From an archaeon (GTDB lineage: Archaea > Asgardarchaeota > Thorarchaeia > Thorarchaeales > Thorarchaeaceae), in contig JAJRZD010000039.1 of the NCBI GenBank assembly GCA_024275415.1, positions 2,968 to 34,967 on the forward strand: a stretch of DNA of 32,000 bases, read 5' to 3'. The position numbers and the translations under genes were made by a program. The notes beneath the pieces were generated by a model. That model searched no databases. It had not been told where the DNA came from and saw only the letters and a list, made by a program, of their open reading frames with translations. The first letter of the stretch is position 1; each line of letters begins with the position of its first letter. Shown here piece after piece: positions 1-9,580 of the stretch.

Positions 1-1174
1 CATAGCTCATTGGTGTGGAAGACCATGTGGCTCCGGGATTGCCATTGCGCCAACAGACCATAAGACTGGTTGGGGATGTCGTACGGGCCTGTACTCGTAG
101 AGTCCATCCAGATATTGTGAGAAGAGATTTAGAGGTCACATTAGTGATTTCAGAGAAGGATGCAACCCCTCTAAAGGTCGTATTGAGCCAACGGACAATC
201 AAATCGCTCCATCCTGTATCGACAACGTGTCCATAGTTAGGTCTGATGCTCAAGGTGAGAGGAGCTGATATCTCCTCAATAGTCTGCATGAAGCTTGATG
301 CAACAAAGAAGGGATCGTTCGTGCCGAATATCATAAAGAGAGGCTTGGTGAGAGACCTATAGTACGCTATCGGGTCGAACCACCGTTGGAGTAAATCCAT
401 CTCTTCAGAGCCAATCGTGTAGTCGGGGTCGATGAGGCTGTTGATCAAAGACCCCTCCATCAGTGACTCGTACAAATTGCCTCCAGATATCATTGAGATG
501 GAACCATCAACTCGGTTGTCGATTGCTGAAAGAATTGCGGTTTCCATGCCACCCATAGAGGCGCCTCCCACTATGGTTGCATTGACAGGTAGGTAGGTTT
601 CGATGAATGTAACGGCACGGACAGCAGACCATACAGAATGATAGAGATGTGCCGATTCAGGGCCTTCAGAAACATCAAAGAATGTGTAGGGATTCAGCTG
701 CGGATAGTTGGTTGATTCGCCTGAACCGGGCGAGTCGATTCCCATCACGATATACCGTTGAGCTGCAATCTCTATCATCATGGGAAGGAACTCCTGCACA
801 TTACTGCCGTATCCGTGCAAGAGGAGGACTGCTGGGACTTCAGTAGAAAGATCGGTACGTTGAATCACATAGGAATTGATTCTGATATCGATGCCATCAA
901 GCGTTTCGCTGTGGTATGAGAACCGGCTGACATTCATATCCACAGGCCCAAGAGATGTATCGACCTCACCAATCACTTCTGAGATTGCTTCAACCTGAAG
1001 TGGTTCCACAAGAGCGTCAGAGATATCCCAGAACGAGGTGTCGTAGAACTCTTTCGATCGAGTTTCAGTTACGGGCTGAGGATACGTGAAGGCAAGCGAT
1101 ATGATGATAGTCCCAGCGCTAGCCACTAGTACGAATACTGAGAGAACCAGGGCAGTGGAATGGATCCTATTCAT
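1..1174 (-). CDS. Secreted/membrane-anchored alpha/beta hydrolase (esterase-like), 3' end runs off the window
   Basis: Absent from the ORF track. Manual translation from ATG 1174 gives MNRIHSTALVLSVFVLVASAG... and is open to base 1. It has a hydrophobic N-terminus, oxyanion LLHGYG, nucleophile elbow GASMGG, candidate Asp (GTND) and His (YGH). Confidence 0.88.
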   Translation of the reverse strand, partial: MNRIHSTALVLSVFVLVASAGTIIISLAFTYPQPVTETRSKEFYDTSFWDISDALVEPLQVEAISEVIGEVDTSLGPVDMNVSRFSYHSETLDGIDIRINSYVIQRTDLSTEVPAVLLLHGYGSNVQEFLPMMIEIAAQRYIVMGIDSPGSGESTNYPQLNPYTFFDVSEGPESAHLYHSVWSAVRAVTFIETYLPVNATIVGGASMGGMETAILSAIDNRVDGSISMISGGNLYESLMEGSLINSLIDPDYTIGSEEMDLLQRWFDPIAYYRSLTKPLFMIFGTNDPFFVASSFMQTIEEISAPLTLSIRPNYGHVVDTGWSDLIVRWLNTTFRGVASFSEITNVTSKSLLTISGWTLRVQARTTSPTSLMVCWRNGNPGATWSSTPMSY

Positions 1175-1193
1175 AGAAACGGCACCACAGCAG

Positions 1194-2219
1194 TTATACT
1201 GTGCTACCGCAGTTCGAGCATATGAATTTGCCCTGAGCAATCTCCGAGCCACAGACTCTACATGTCCGTGCTTTGCGCTCACGTACTGTATCCACAACAT
1301 CACCCAATTGGGGCTCTAGGATGAAACGATTGTTCTCAAAAGAGATCTTGAACTCGGTCGGATTTCCTGCCTTCTCAAGGAGGTCAACAGGCATTGGAAG
1401 ACGATAGTTGTTGTCCAGCTTCACGATTCGCGTGCCACCAAGCTCGTCAAGGTCGATGCCTTTCTGATGGAATCCAGACACAATGCCATCTCGGATCTCA
1501 ATGGTGACATCAGCCATCGAGGCCACCTGCTGGCTGTGAGTGACTATGAAAAAGGATGTGCCAAGGGTTTCGTTGAGTTCTTTGAATAGTTCCAAAATCC
1601 GCTGTGCAGTTTCAGGGTCAAGGTCTCCAGTCGGTTCGTCACACAGCACTAGTCCCTTTCCCTTGGTATCAATGAGGTTGACGAGTGCACTTGCGATTGC
1701 AACACGGGAACGCTCACCACCGGAAAGCGTAGTCGCCTTGTTATGCTTCCGTTCCTCGAGACCTACCAGTTTGATGAGCCGGTTCACGCGTTCCTGACGG
1801 ATCTTCTTGGGGACACCAGCAATGCGGGCGGCAAGCTCGACATTCTGCCATGCATTGAGATGAGGAAGAAGGTTGTTCACCTGGAATATGAAACCGATGA
1901 AGCTCCGTCTTGCTTCTGTCAGCACGCGCTCGCTTTGCTTCGTGATGTCTGTGCGAAGGTTTGCCCAGTACACCTTTCCAACGGTTGCCTTTGTAATGCC
2001 CCCGATGATATTGGTCAGCGTAGTCTTCCCAGAACCACTTGGCCCCACCACACACATGATCTTTCCTTCAAGGATTTGGAGCGACACACCACTAAGGGCA
2101 ACGACTTCCAGATCGGATTTCTTGTAGATCTTGTAGACATTCTCTACGCTGACGACAACATCGTCAGGGTATGCCCCGTATAGGTCAAGGGTTTCTTCAG
2201 TGCTGACCATTGTAGTCAC
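1194..2219 (-). CDS. ABC transporter ATP-binding protein (LolD/MacB-like) with C-terminal AbrB/SpoVT-like domain and zinc ribbon
   Basis: Walker A GPSGSGKT, signature LSGGE, Walker B LCDEPT, H-loop VTH. Tail IVKLDNNYRLPMPVDLLEKAG is AbrB-like, followed by CRVC-x10-CSNC. Alternative start ATG 2210. Confidence 0.9.
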   Translation of the reverse strand: MTTMVSTEETLDLYGAYPDDVVVSVENVYKIYKKSDLEVVALSGVSLQILEGKIMCVVGPSGSGKTTLTNIIGGITKATVGKVYWANLRTDITKQSERVLTEARRSFIGFIFQVNNLLPHLNAWQNVELAARIAGVPKKIRQERVNRLIKLVGLEERKHNKATTLSGGERSRVAIASALVNLIDTKGKGLVLCDEPTGDLDPETAQRILELFKELNETLGTSFFIVTHSQQVASMADVTIEIRDGIVSGFHQKGIDLDELGGTRIVKLDNNYRLPMPVDLLEKAGNPTEFKISFENNRFILEPQLGDVVDTVRERKARTCRVCGSEIAQGKFICSNCGSTV

Positions 2220-2293
2220 TAACCTCCGTGCAATTGGTGAAGCAAATAAGAGTTGTGAGCTGCGCAGCGGACACGTACCTCATCCTTGACACC

Positions 2294-5206
2294 TCACAGA
2301 TTCCTCAATGCGGTAGCTGGATTGACAGATCCAGCACGTTTTGCTGGGATATAACATGCTGCAATCATGACCGCACTTTCGGCAACGATTGTTACAAGCA
2401 TCATCTGGAACGGATATGCCAGAACCTCATTCAGCACAGGCGAGAATGGCGATATACCAAAAGTCATGATGCTCAATGCAAAGCCGAAGGCAAAGCCAAG
2501 GATCACGCTTATGGAAATGGCTGCAATGATTGTGCCTGCAAACTCTCCAAAGACCATGGATATGACCTGTCGTTGGGTTCCACCAAGCGCCCTGAAGACA
2601 GCATATTCGGATTTGCGTTCAAGGACGGCGGAGCCCAAGAAGAGCGCAATTGCCATCAGACCCATCGCGGCAGTCAGCAGGTATGCAATCGTAGTCAACC
2701 CCTGAATGCCAGAAAGGAATAATCGAATCGATGATGATTGTTCATCAATGTTGAAGGTTTCAACCGAGTACACATGTGTGTTCTTTTCTTCCTCAAGACT
2801 GTTGATAATAGGTGTCATATCGACATAGCATACTGTATCCACAAGAAACAACTCGGCTTCGGTAATTCCAGTGATGCTCGAAAGATAATCAATGTTCACT
2901 AATGCAAAGCCACCTTGACCAGCCTGGAACCCGAACTGAGCAGCAAACGATGCTCCTGCCAAATCATCAGTGGATGCAGCTCCAAAACCTGGTGCGCTGA
3001 GGGCAATCCCCACAATCTGAAAAGATGTCACCTGCGTCGTATTCAACCCACCAAAATAGACGAGAAGGTGGTCACCAATCGTCTTGTTCCATAGGTCAGC
3101 ATAATACTGACTTATCACTATCCCGTTTGGCAGAGCATCCAAGGCGGACAGCACAGTGAAAGAGTCATTGTTGACAAAGCTTTGCTCTGAGAACTTCCCT
3201 ATTTGGGCATATCTCAAAGGGTCTACAGCCTCAAGGAAAAAGCGATTGTCTGAAACCTGTCCCCACGTTTCGACAACAGGCATCGCATCTACAATACCCG
3301 GAAAGCGGAGGAGTGTTTCATTGAAACTGAAAGGTTTCGGATCACTCTCAATTCGCATATCAGCTCCGATGGCATATGCCAGTTCGCTCTGGAGCGTCGC
3401 CTTGAAACTCTCCGTCTGTACCAACATCATCGTTGTGGTTGTAAGCGTCAGAGTGAGGATGACAAGGAGGGGCATGAATTGCCCTTTTCGTTTTCTCAGG
3501 CTTTGGCTCAAATAGAGAGCTTTTTCGCCCAGAAGGAACGCAGTCCCACCAGAAACCCTTGCTGTTACCAGTCGCATTGTACGAGAGCCTAGATAGGACG
3601 CGATGAACAGGATAAGGGTGGTAACCAAGATCTCTCCCACAGCGGCAAACCCTGTCGGCTCGATGATGATAGGAAGAAGCACAAGGAATGTGAGAACAGA
3701 ACCCAGACCAAATCCATAGCGTTTGATGCTTCCGCTCTCGGCACTCTCATCTGCCGAGGTGTCCATAGGCTGCCCTACTTCTGACACATCAATCCTCTGG
3801 GCGACATGGAGGAGGTATGCGGCAGGAAGATACATCGCAATCACAGCAGCAATCACTATTGATACCAGAGGAATCGAGATATTGGACAAATAGCGGACAA
3901 AGGCGGCCATGTCAAAGACAAAAAGGTCAACTGTAGAACCAACCAGTGGAGCCAAGATGAACGAAAGCGCGATGCCGGAACCCAGTCCAATTATCGAGAG
4001 CATCAGCGATTCCCACATGAAGGTCGAGAATACCTGATTGAAAGATGCACCTTTTGCACGAAGCGCGCTAATCTCTCCTTTCCTCCGAGATACTGAGGTT
4101 TCAGATGTATAGATTGTCAGCATGAGACTCATTATCAAGATGGGGAAAATGATGACAGTGAGTACCTGGCTCTGAATGTATGTGTCAATCGTGGCTTGAA
4201 GCTCCCAAATCCCTGTGAGACCTGCTACGCTGTATTGTGGGTACTCCTCCTCGAACTGGGACTTGAATGTCACGAGATTGGTGGCCACGTTCGGGGCACC
4301 GGCAGCCAGAAGTGCGTCCTGGGATGTTCTGATGAGCAGAGGGGAATTGAAATAGCTCCGTTCGGAGATTTCAGTGACATTACCCTTGCCAATATCCTCT
4401 TTGAGAACCATGATAGAATCGCGAATTCCGAGAACTAGATCGTTAGCAAGCTGGAATGGATCCCAATTCTTTCGTGGGACAGATGGGAATGCATCTGCGA
4501 TGAGAGAACCAAGGTCGATGAGATCATAGACGCCTACGATGGTGAAGTTCTCATATGGCAACACATTCATCGTGTTTCTGTCATTACTGCCAGAATACCT
4601 TTGCTCATGGGCGATTACATCGAAGTCAATCTGGTCACCAATCTTCAATTTGATCCCGTGGACTTCCTCGGTGTAATCGATGAATCCTTGAGATACGAGA
4701 ATCTCACCTGAAGACAAAGTAAAGTCACCCTCGTAAGTGAAATCTCGAGACCAGTTGCCAAGGAGATTATTGTCCACGAATATAGTCCGCATGTCCTTGA
4801 TACCATCTCGATAATTGAATCCAAGGATGTCATACGAGTCCCATTCTGGGAGTGTATCGTTTTGCAGTATTCCCACTGTGGAAACCAGTCTATCAAGGTA
4901 AGCAACATACGGATGTGCCTCGGCAGCATCGATAAGTTCCTGTGTCCGCGTCCAATCGAACAACGCGTTTGGCTTGAGGGTCAATGCGAGTTGATATGTG
5001 TTCTCGTCAAAATAGTCGTGAACCACCAGCCGAGTCCCCGTATCGCTCCAGACAAAGATGGTAGTAGGTAACGATATCCCAATCGCAAGCACAAGGGCGA
5101 TACCCATGTTCCGAATTGGATAGTTTCTCAGCGATGACATTGCGTAGGTCAGGGACCACAGGGAGCTACCCTTCAGCTGGTGTTGTTTTCGTTTCGTCAT
5201 TATCAT
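2294..5206 (-). CDS. FtsX/MacB-like ABC permease (duplicated FtsX architecture)
   Basis: 970 aa. Two R(K/R)xE-x-(S/A)-x-(L/F)RAxG motifs (RRKGEISALRAKGA, RKSEYAVFRALGG), several TM segments, large extracytoplasmic loops with N-x-S/T sequons, C-terminal IPAKRAGSVNPATALR. Confidence 0.9.
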   Translation of the reverse strand: MIMTKRKQHQLKGSSLWSLTYAMSSLRNYPIRNMGIALVLAIGISLPTTIFVWSDTGTRLVVHDYFDENTYQLALTLKPNALFDWTRTQELIDAAEAHPYVAYLDRLVSTVGILQNDTLPEWDSYDILGFNYRDGIKDMRTIFVDNNLLGNWSRDFTYEGDFTLSSGEILVSQGFIDYTEEVHGIKLKIGDQIDFDVIAHEQRYSGSNDRNTMNVLPYENFTIVGVYDLIDLGSLIADAFPSVPRKNWDPFQLANDLVLGIRDSIMVLKEDIGKGNVTEISERSYFNSPLLIRTSQDALLAAGAPNVATNLVTFKSQFEEEYPQYSVAGLTGIWELQATIDTYIQSQVLTVIIFPILIMSLMLTIYTSETSVSRRKGEISALRAKGASFNQVFSTFMWESLMLSIIGLGSGIALSFILAPLVGSTVDLFVFDMAAFVRYLSNISIPLVSIVIAAVIAMYLPAAYLLHVAQRIDVSEVGQPMDTSADESAESGSIKRYGFGLGSVLTFLVLLPIIIEPTGFAAVGEILVTTLILFIASYLGSRTMRLVTARVSGGTAFLLGEKALYLSQSLRKRKGQFMPLLVILTLTLTTTTMMLVQTESFKATLQSELAYAIGADMRIESDPKPFSFNETLLRFPGIVDAMPVVETWGQVSDNRFFLEAVDPLRYAQIGKFSEQSFVNNDSFTVLSALDALPNGIVISQYYADLWNKTIGDHLLVYFGGLNTTQVTSFQIVGIALSAPGFGAASTDDLAGASFAAQFGFQAGQGGFALVNIDYLSSITGITEAELFLVDTVCYVDMTPIINSLEEEKNTHVYSVETFNIDEQSSSIRLFLSGIQGLTTIAYLLTAAMGLMAIALFLGSAVLERKSEYAVFRALGGTQRQVISMVFGEFAGTIIAAISISVILGFAFGFALSIMTFGISPFSPVLNEVLAYPFQMMLVTIVAESAVMIAACYIPAKRAGSVNPATALRNL

Positions 5207-5209
5207 CCC

Positions 5210-8098
5210 TCAAAGATTCCGAAGTACAATTGCAGGGTCGGTCTTGGAAGCTTCTCGAGCCGGGAAGTATGCTCCGGCTATCATTATGAATATCTCAAAG
5301 AGAAGTATAGCTGTCAGAAATCCTATGGGAAAAGCGATTAGCGGCGGAAGCGTTCTTGAAAAAGGACTCATAGAGAAGATAACGACACTCATAACATACC
5401 CAAACAGAGTCCCTAATACCAAGCTCAATGTCAGGGAGGCGAACACAACTCCTGCGAACTCGGATAATACAACGCGGATAATCTGATTCTTTGAAGCACC
5501 CACTGCCCGAAGTATCGCATAGTCCCTTTTTCGCTCGCGGACTATCGAGCCAAGGAAGAGTGTGAGTGCGAACATGCTAAGGAGAAAGGACATCGCAAAG
5601 CCGATGGAGAAGATGCCCTTTATGGTATTCAGGAACAATGCGGTTCCGAACGAGTATCCTGCCAAATCAAATGATTCCGGAGTGGTTGCAGAAACACCTG
5701 AAAGATCCTCCAAAGACCGCAGGACTAAATCTTGGTCGGTTATGCATACCAAATCAGCGAAGAAGAGATTCGCTGTGTTAATATCGGTTTTTTGTGAGAG
5801 GAAATCCAAGTTTGCAAAGGCGAAACCAGAGAGACCAGTCTGAAATCCAAACCCTGCTCCCAACCGTGAGAGAGGTATATCTTCAGCAGATGCGTATCCA
5901 AAACCCGGGGCACTGTGAACAAAACCGATGACGGTGAAGGTAATCAATGTAGGTGAAAGAAGACCACCCACTTGTAAATTGATTGTATCGCCAATAGTCT
6001 TATTCCATCTATCAGCATGGTATTCGCTAAGGATTATTCCGTTGGAAGTCGCTTCCAGACGTGAGAGAATAAAGCTCGCGTCCTCACCCGGGAAACTCGA
6101 GGCGTCGAAATGTCCTATGAGGGAATAATCTATTGCGTCAACCCCTACCAATGTGATACGTTCGATCCCAACTCCAGCCCATGTCCGAAGAGCGGGAGTG
6201 GCCCTGCTGACGCCGGGGTACTCTTCTAGGGTGTTGCTGAAGCTGAAGGGGCGTGGAGTAGACGTAATCCTCAAATCGGAGCCGATGGCATATTGCAGCT
6301 CCTTATCCAAATCTGCCTGAAAGCTCTCAGCTTGCACCGTAAATGCAATTGTCGAAGACAGTGTCAGGGCAAGAACGACCATAAGAGGCACTAGACGTCC
6401 CTTCCGCATTCGGAGATTCCCTGACGCGATATGGTTTTTCTCACCAAGGACGAAGGATAGCTTGCTTGTGAACTTTGCAAATCCGACACGAGTAATCCTT
6501 GAACCATTATAGGCCATGAAAAACCATGAGGCGGTACCAAGCCCGAGCTCGAGAAGGAGCATCATCGGGCCACTGGGAAGGAACAATACAGACCCTATGA
6601 CCATTGCGAGAAGGACAATCGAAGCTCCAATAGTAAACCCATAGGCTTCACTCGCATCACTCACAGGTTCAGCGACCTCCATCAATTGAAGCCCTATCTC
6701 GGTCATGGCTGCTTTTCGGGCAGATGCTAGAATGAATAGGAGGGGAGGAACGATACATACCAATGTAGAGATGATGATTGTATCGACCCGCAACACAGTC
6801 GCATTGAGATAGAACTGGTACAGCTGAAAGTCGAAGACCATGAATCCCACTGCTGAGGGAACGAGTGCCGCAAAAAGAATGCTGAGTCCAGTCCCAGCGA
6901 TAATACTTACAATAGAGATAATGACCGATTCGGAGAAGAAAATCCCATATACCTGACTGTAACTCGCACCTTTTGAGCGGAGTGCGCTCACTTCGACATT
7001 TCGTGTTGCCATAAAGGTATCTGCCGCAAAGACAGAAAGGAAAAGCGCAAGGATGAAGATTGGTAGATTAAGAAGGGCGAGAGGCATTGTATCAACATAT
7101 GTGTCCACGAGATTCTGAAGGTAGTTGATCTCATCCAGCCCCTCTACCTCAACATCATATCCTTCATCCACGCGCGACTTCAGGGTGAGTAGGTTTTCGT
7201 CCATTGAGTCAATCCCTGCTGCTATGAGGTTCTCACTCGATGCCCTGATGAAGGAGTTGGCACCAAAGAAGCCATCTTCAGGAAGTGAGGACGTATCGAG
7301 AGAGTCTGATAACACCATGATGCTGTCTCTGATACCAAGCACAGGCGTGTAATAGTAAATGTAGTCGTAGTTGATTCGCATTAAGGAAGGGAAGCCTGTT
7401 TCTATAAGAGAGTCATAACCGTTAATCTCGTAGATTCCCACAATCTTCAATCCGTTGAGGCTGGTTCGCCCCATATCACCTATGAAACCTGTATCCCCGG
7501 ATGGCCTATTGGTCAGAACCTCCACATCGAGCGTGGAGTTAATCGTGAGGGTGATCCCGAATACCTCATAGACGTAATTCACGAATTGAGAGGATACGAG
7601 CGTTTCACCGGCACTCAAAGAGAAGCGCCCCTCAATCGTGAATTGTGGGGACATCCTTTCGAGAAGCTGGTTGTTGACAAAGATGACCTCACAGTCTTTT
7701 AGCCCTTCTGTATAAATTGGTTCTTTAAGCCCATAGACTGTTTGGTCTGGGAGTTGAGTGCCATACACAAGACCTACCGTCGAATTGACCCTGTACGAGG
7801 ACTCCACAAGAGGGCTTTGTAGCATGTAATTTTCTGCGGCATCAACAGCCTCTGTCTTGCCAGGTGTGTTCTGGACAAGCATTTGAAATGCATTGTTGTC
7901 AAAATAATCATCAACGCTGACTTGGACGCCAGTATCAGCCCAGATCAGGATGCCACCGATTAAAGACACTCCGAGACTCAATGTGAGCGCCAAGCTCAAA
8001 GCTCGAAAAGGATACGACTTCATCGAACTCAATGCGTACGAGAACGCATAGAGTCTATTCCCAGGATAGGTCTTCGCGTTCTTCTTCTGTCGAGCCAA
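5210..8098 (-). CDS. FtsX/MacB-like ABC permease, paralog of the adjacent permease
   Basis: 962 aa, TTG start preceded by GGTGA. Motifs RNVEVSALRSKGAS and RKRDYAILRAVGAS, C-terminal FPAREASKTDPAIVLRNL. Colinear with 2294-5206. Confidence 0.9.
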   Translation of the reverse strand: MARQKKNAKTYPGNRLYAFSYALSSMKSYPFRALSLALTLSLGVSLIGGILIWADTGVQVSVDDYFDNNAFQMLVQNTPGKTEAVDAAENYMLQSPLVESSYRVNSTVGLVYGTQLPDQTVYGLKEPIYTEGLKDCEVIFVNNQLLERMSPQFTIEGRFSLSAGETLVSSQFVNYVYEVFGITLTINSTLDVEVLTNRPSGDTGFIGDMGRTSLNGLKIVGIYEINGYDSLIETGFPSLMRINYDYIYYYTPVLGIRDSIMVLSDSLDTSSLPEDGFFGANSFIRASSENLIAAGIDSMDENLLTLKSRVDEGYDVEVEGLDEINYLQNLVDTYVDTMPLALLNLPIFILALFLSVFAADTFMATRNVEVSALRSKGASYSQVYGIFFSESVIISIVSIIAGTGLSILFAALVPSAVGFMVFDFQLYQFYLNATVLRVDTIIISTLVCIVPPLLFILASARKAAMTEIGLQLMEVAEPVSDASEAYGFTIGASIVLLAMVIGSVLFLPSGPMMLLLELGLGTASWFFMAYNGSRITRVGFAKFTSKLSFVLGEKNHIASGNLRMRKGRLVPLMVVLALTLSSTIAFTVQAESFQADLDKELQYAIGSDLRITSTPRPFSFSNTLEEYPGVSRATPALRTWAGVGIERITLVGVDAIDYSLIGHFDASSFPGEDASFILSRLEATSNGIILSEYHADRWNKTIGDTINLQVGGLLSPTLITFTVIGFVHSAPGFGYASAEDIPLSRLGAGFGFQTGLSGFAFANLDFLSQKTDINTANLFFADLVCITDQDLVLRSLEDLSGVSATTPESFDLAGYSFGTALFLNTIKGIFSIGFAMSFLLSMFALTLFLGSIVRERKRDYAILRAVGASKNQIIRVVLSEFAGVVFASLTLSLVLGTLFGYVMSVVIFSMSPFSRTLPPLIAFPIGFLTAILLFEIFIMIAGAYFPAREASKTDPAIVLRNL

Positions 8099-8102
8099 TC
8101 AA

Positions 8103-8918
8103 TCACCCCGTAGTCATGGCGTCCTGATTATCGGGCTCTGTCCCGCCTTTGGAGTCTATGTCAACACCACTGGCTCTGAAGAACTCGCCGATGAGTTCGT
8201 CAACCAGCTTCCCATCACGCAGCAGAAGGATCCGGTCAGCCATCTTGGCGGTTTCGGGATCATGTGTCACTGTGATGACCGCTCTGTTCTGCTCCTTGGC
8301 AAGGTCACGCATCAGTCGTATGATTTCGCCACCAGTCTTGTGGTCAAGGTCGCCGGTGGGCTCGTCGCATAGAAGCACAGCTGGGTCGTTCGCAAGGGCC
8401 CGAGCCAGAGCCACTCGTGATCGCATTCCGCCCGAGAGTTCATGGGGCATATGATTCGCCCTGTTCTCAACACCGACAGCCGCAAGAAGCTCCATACCTT
8501 TCTTGTGCCTCTCCTCCGCACGTACCTCGTCCAGCAGCATAGGAACCTGCACATTCTCGATTGCTGTGAAGATTGGGAGAAGGTGTTGATCCTGAAAGAG
8601 GATGCCAATCTTGTGCCGGCGTATCTCGGACATCTTATCATCATCCAGCTCGGTTATGTCGATGCCGTCAACAATGATTGTCCCACTTGTAGGTTTATCA
8701 AGTCCACCAATGAGGTTCAGAAGAGTTGTCTTTCCGGAGCCAGACGCTCCTACAATGGCGACAAACTCACCTTTGTAGACAGTGAGGTTGGTGCCTCTAA
8801 GCACCTTGATTATTCTTGAGCCATCCTGAAACTCTCGGTATATTTCTTGGCAGACTACTGCAGGTTCTTTTTCGGTGTCCAAGGACGTTGTCTCCTTTGC
8901 TTTGTCCAATAGTGTCAT
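8103..8918 (-). CDS. ABC transporter ATP-binding protein (LolD/MacB-like)
   Basis: GASGSGKT, LSGG, LLCDEPTGDLD, VTHD. First gene of the minus-strand ABC cluster. Confidence 0.93.
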   Translation of the reverse strand: MTLLDKAKETTSLDTEKEPAVVCQEIYREFQDGSRIIKVLRGTNLTVYKGEFVAIVGASGSGKTTLLNLIGGLDKPTSGTIIVDGIDITELDDDKMSEIRRHKIGILFQDQHLLPIFTAIENVQVPMLLDEVRAEERHKKGMELLAAVGVENRANHMPHELSGGMRSRVALARALANDPAVLLCDEPTGDLDHKTGGEIIRLMRDLAKEQNRAVITVTHDPETAKMADRILLLRDGKLVDELIGEFFRASGVDIDSKGGTEPDNQDAMTTG

Positions 8919-9022
8919 ATTTTTAACCTTACTACAGAAGCAATGATTCCAAGCAGAAAAGGGAACTCATGTAATTGTATCGAAATCAGTAAAAGGCTTC
9001 AGACACACTCGGAGATGAGCGT

Positions 9023-9532
9023 ATGATGAAGGCCTTTGCAGTTTCTGGATTCTCATTCTCAGGGAAGACCTTTCTCTTGGAACAGCTTATCTCACATTTG
9101 ATAGAGGAAGGATTCACAGTCGCAACCGTAAAGAATACCATGGAGGATCAAGAGGAACCTGAGGGAACAGATACCTGGAGGCACGCCCAATCTGGTTCCA
9201 ATCCGACCATATTGGTTGGCCCAAGTTCTGCGACGATACGCATCAAAGGTAATGTTTCATTCCTGAACCTGACCAAGATATTTGACAGCGATTTCCTGTT
9301 GTTGGAGGGATTCAAGGAACTGGATGTCCCTCGATTCTGGTGTGTGGGAACTGAATCAAAAGAAACAGATTTCAAACCCACCCAGGTGAAGGCCATTGTG
9401 GTCTGGGAAGGGGAGAACTATCAGGCGGACATGCAAGACATCCCTGTGGTTTCCAATTCCAAGATTAGCCTACTGACTGACATCTTGAAGCGAGAGGCAA
9501 TAGATGTGAACTCACTCAATGGCAGAGTCTGA
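9023..9532 (+). CDS. mobB: Molybdopterin-guanine dinucleotide biosynthesis protein B
   Basis: N-terminal P-loop GFSFSGKT, VATVK, GTDTWRH, LLEGFK pattern typical of MobB. Confidence 0.8.
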   Translation: MMKAFAVSGFSFSGKTFLLEQLISHLIEEGFTVATVKNTMEDQEEPEGTDTWRHAQSGSNPTILVGPSSATIRIKGNVSFLNLTKIFDSDFLLLEGFKELDVPRFWCVGTESKETDFKPTQVKAIVVWEGENYQADMQDIPVVSNSKISLLTDILKREAIDVNSLNGRV

Positions 9533-9580
9533 TAGCGCTGTTCGTAAGATATAACTGGACAACTCAGGCTGGTGGGACTC

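Noticed and set aside
9023-9532. mobB without mobA or other Moco genes
   Set aside because: Scattered Moco genes are ordinary in archaea, and nothing else in the window is unusual here.
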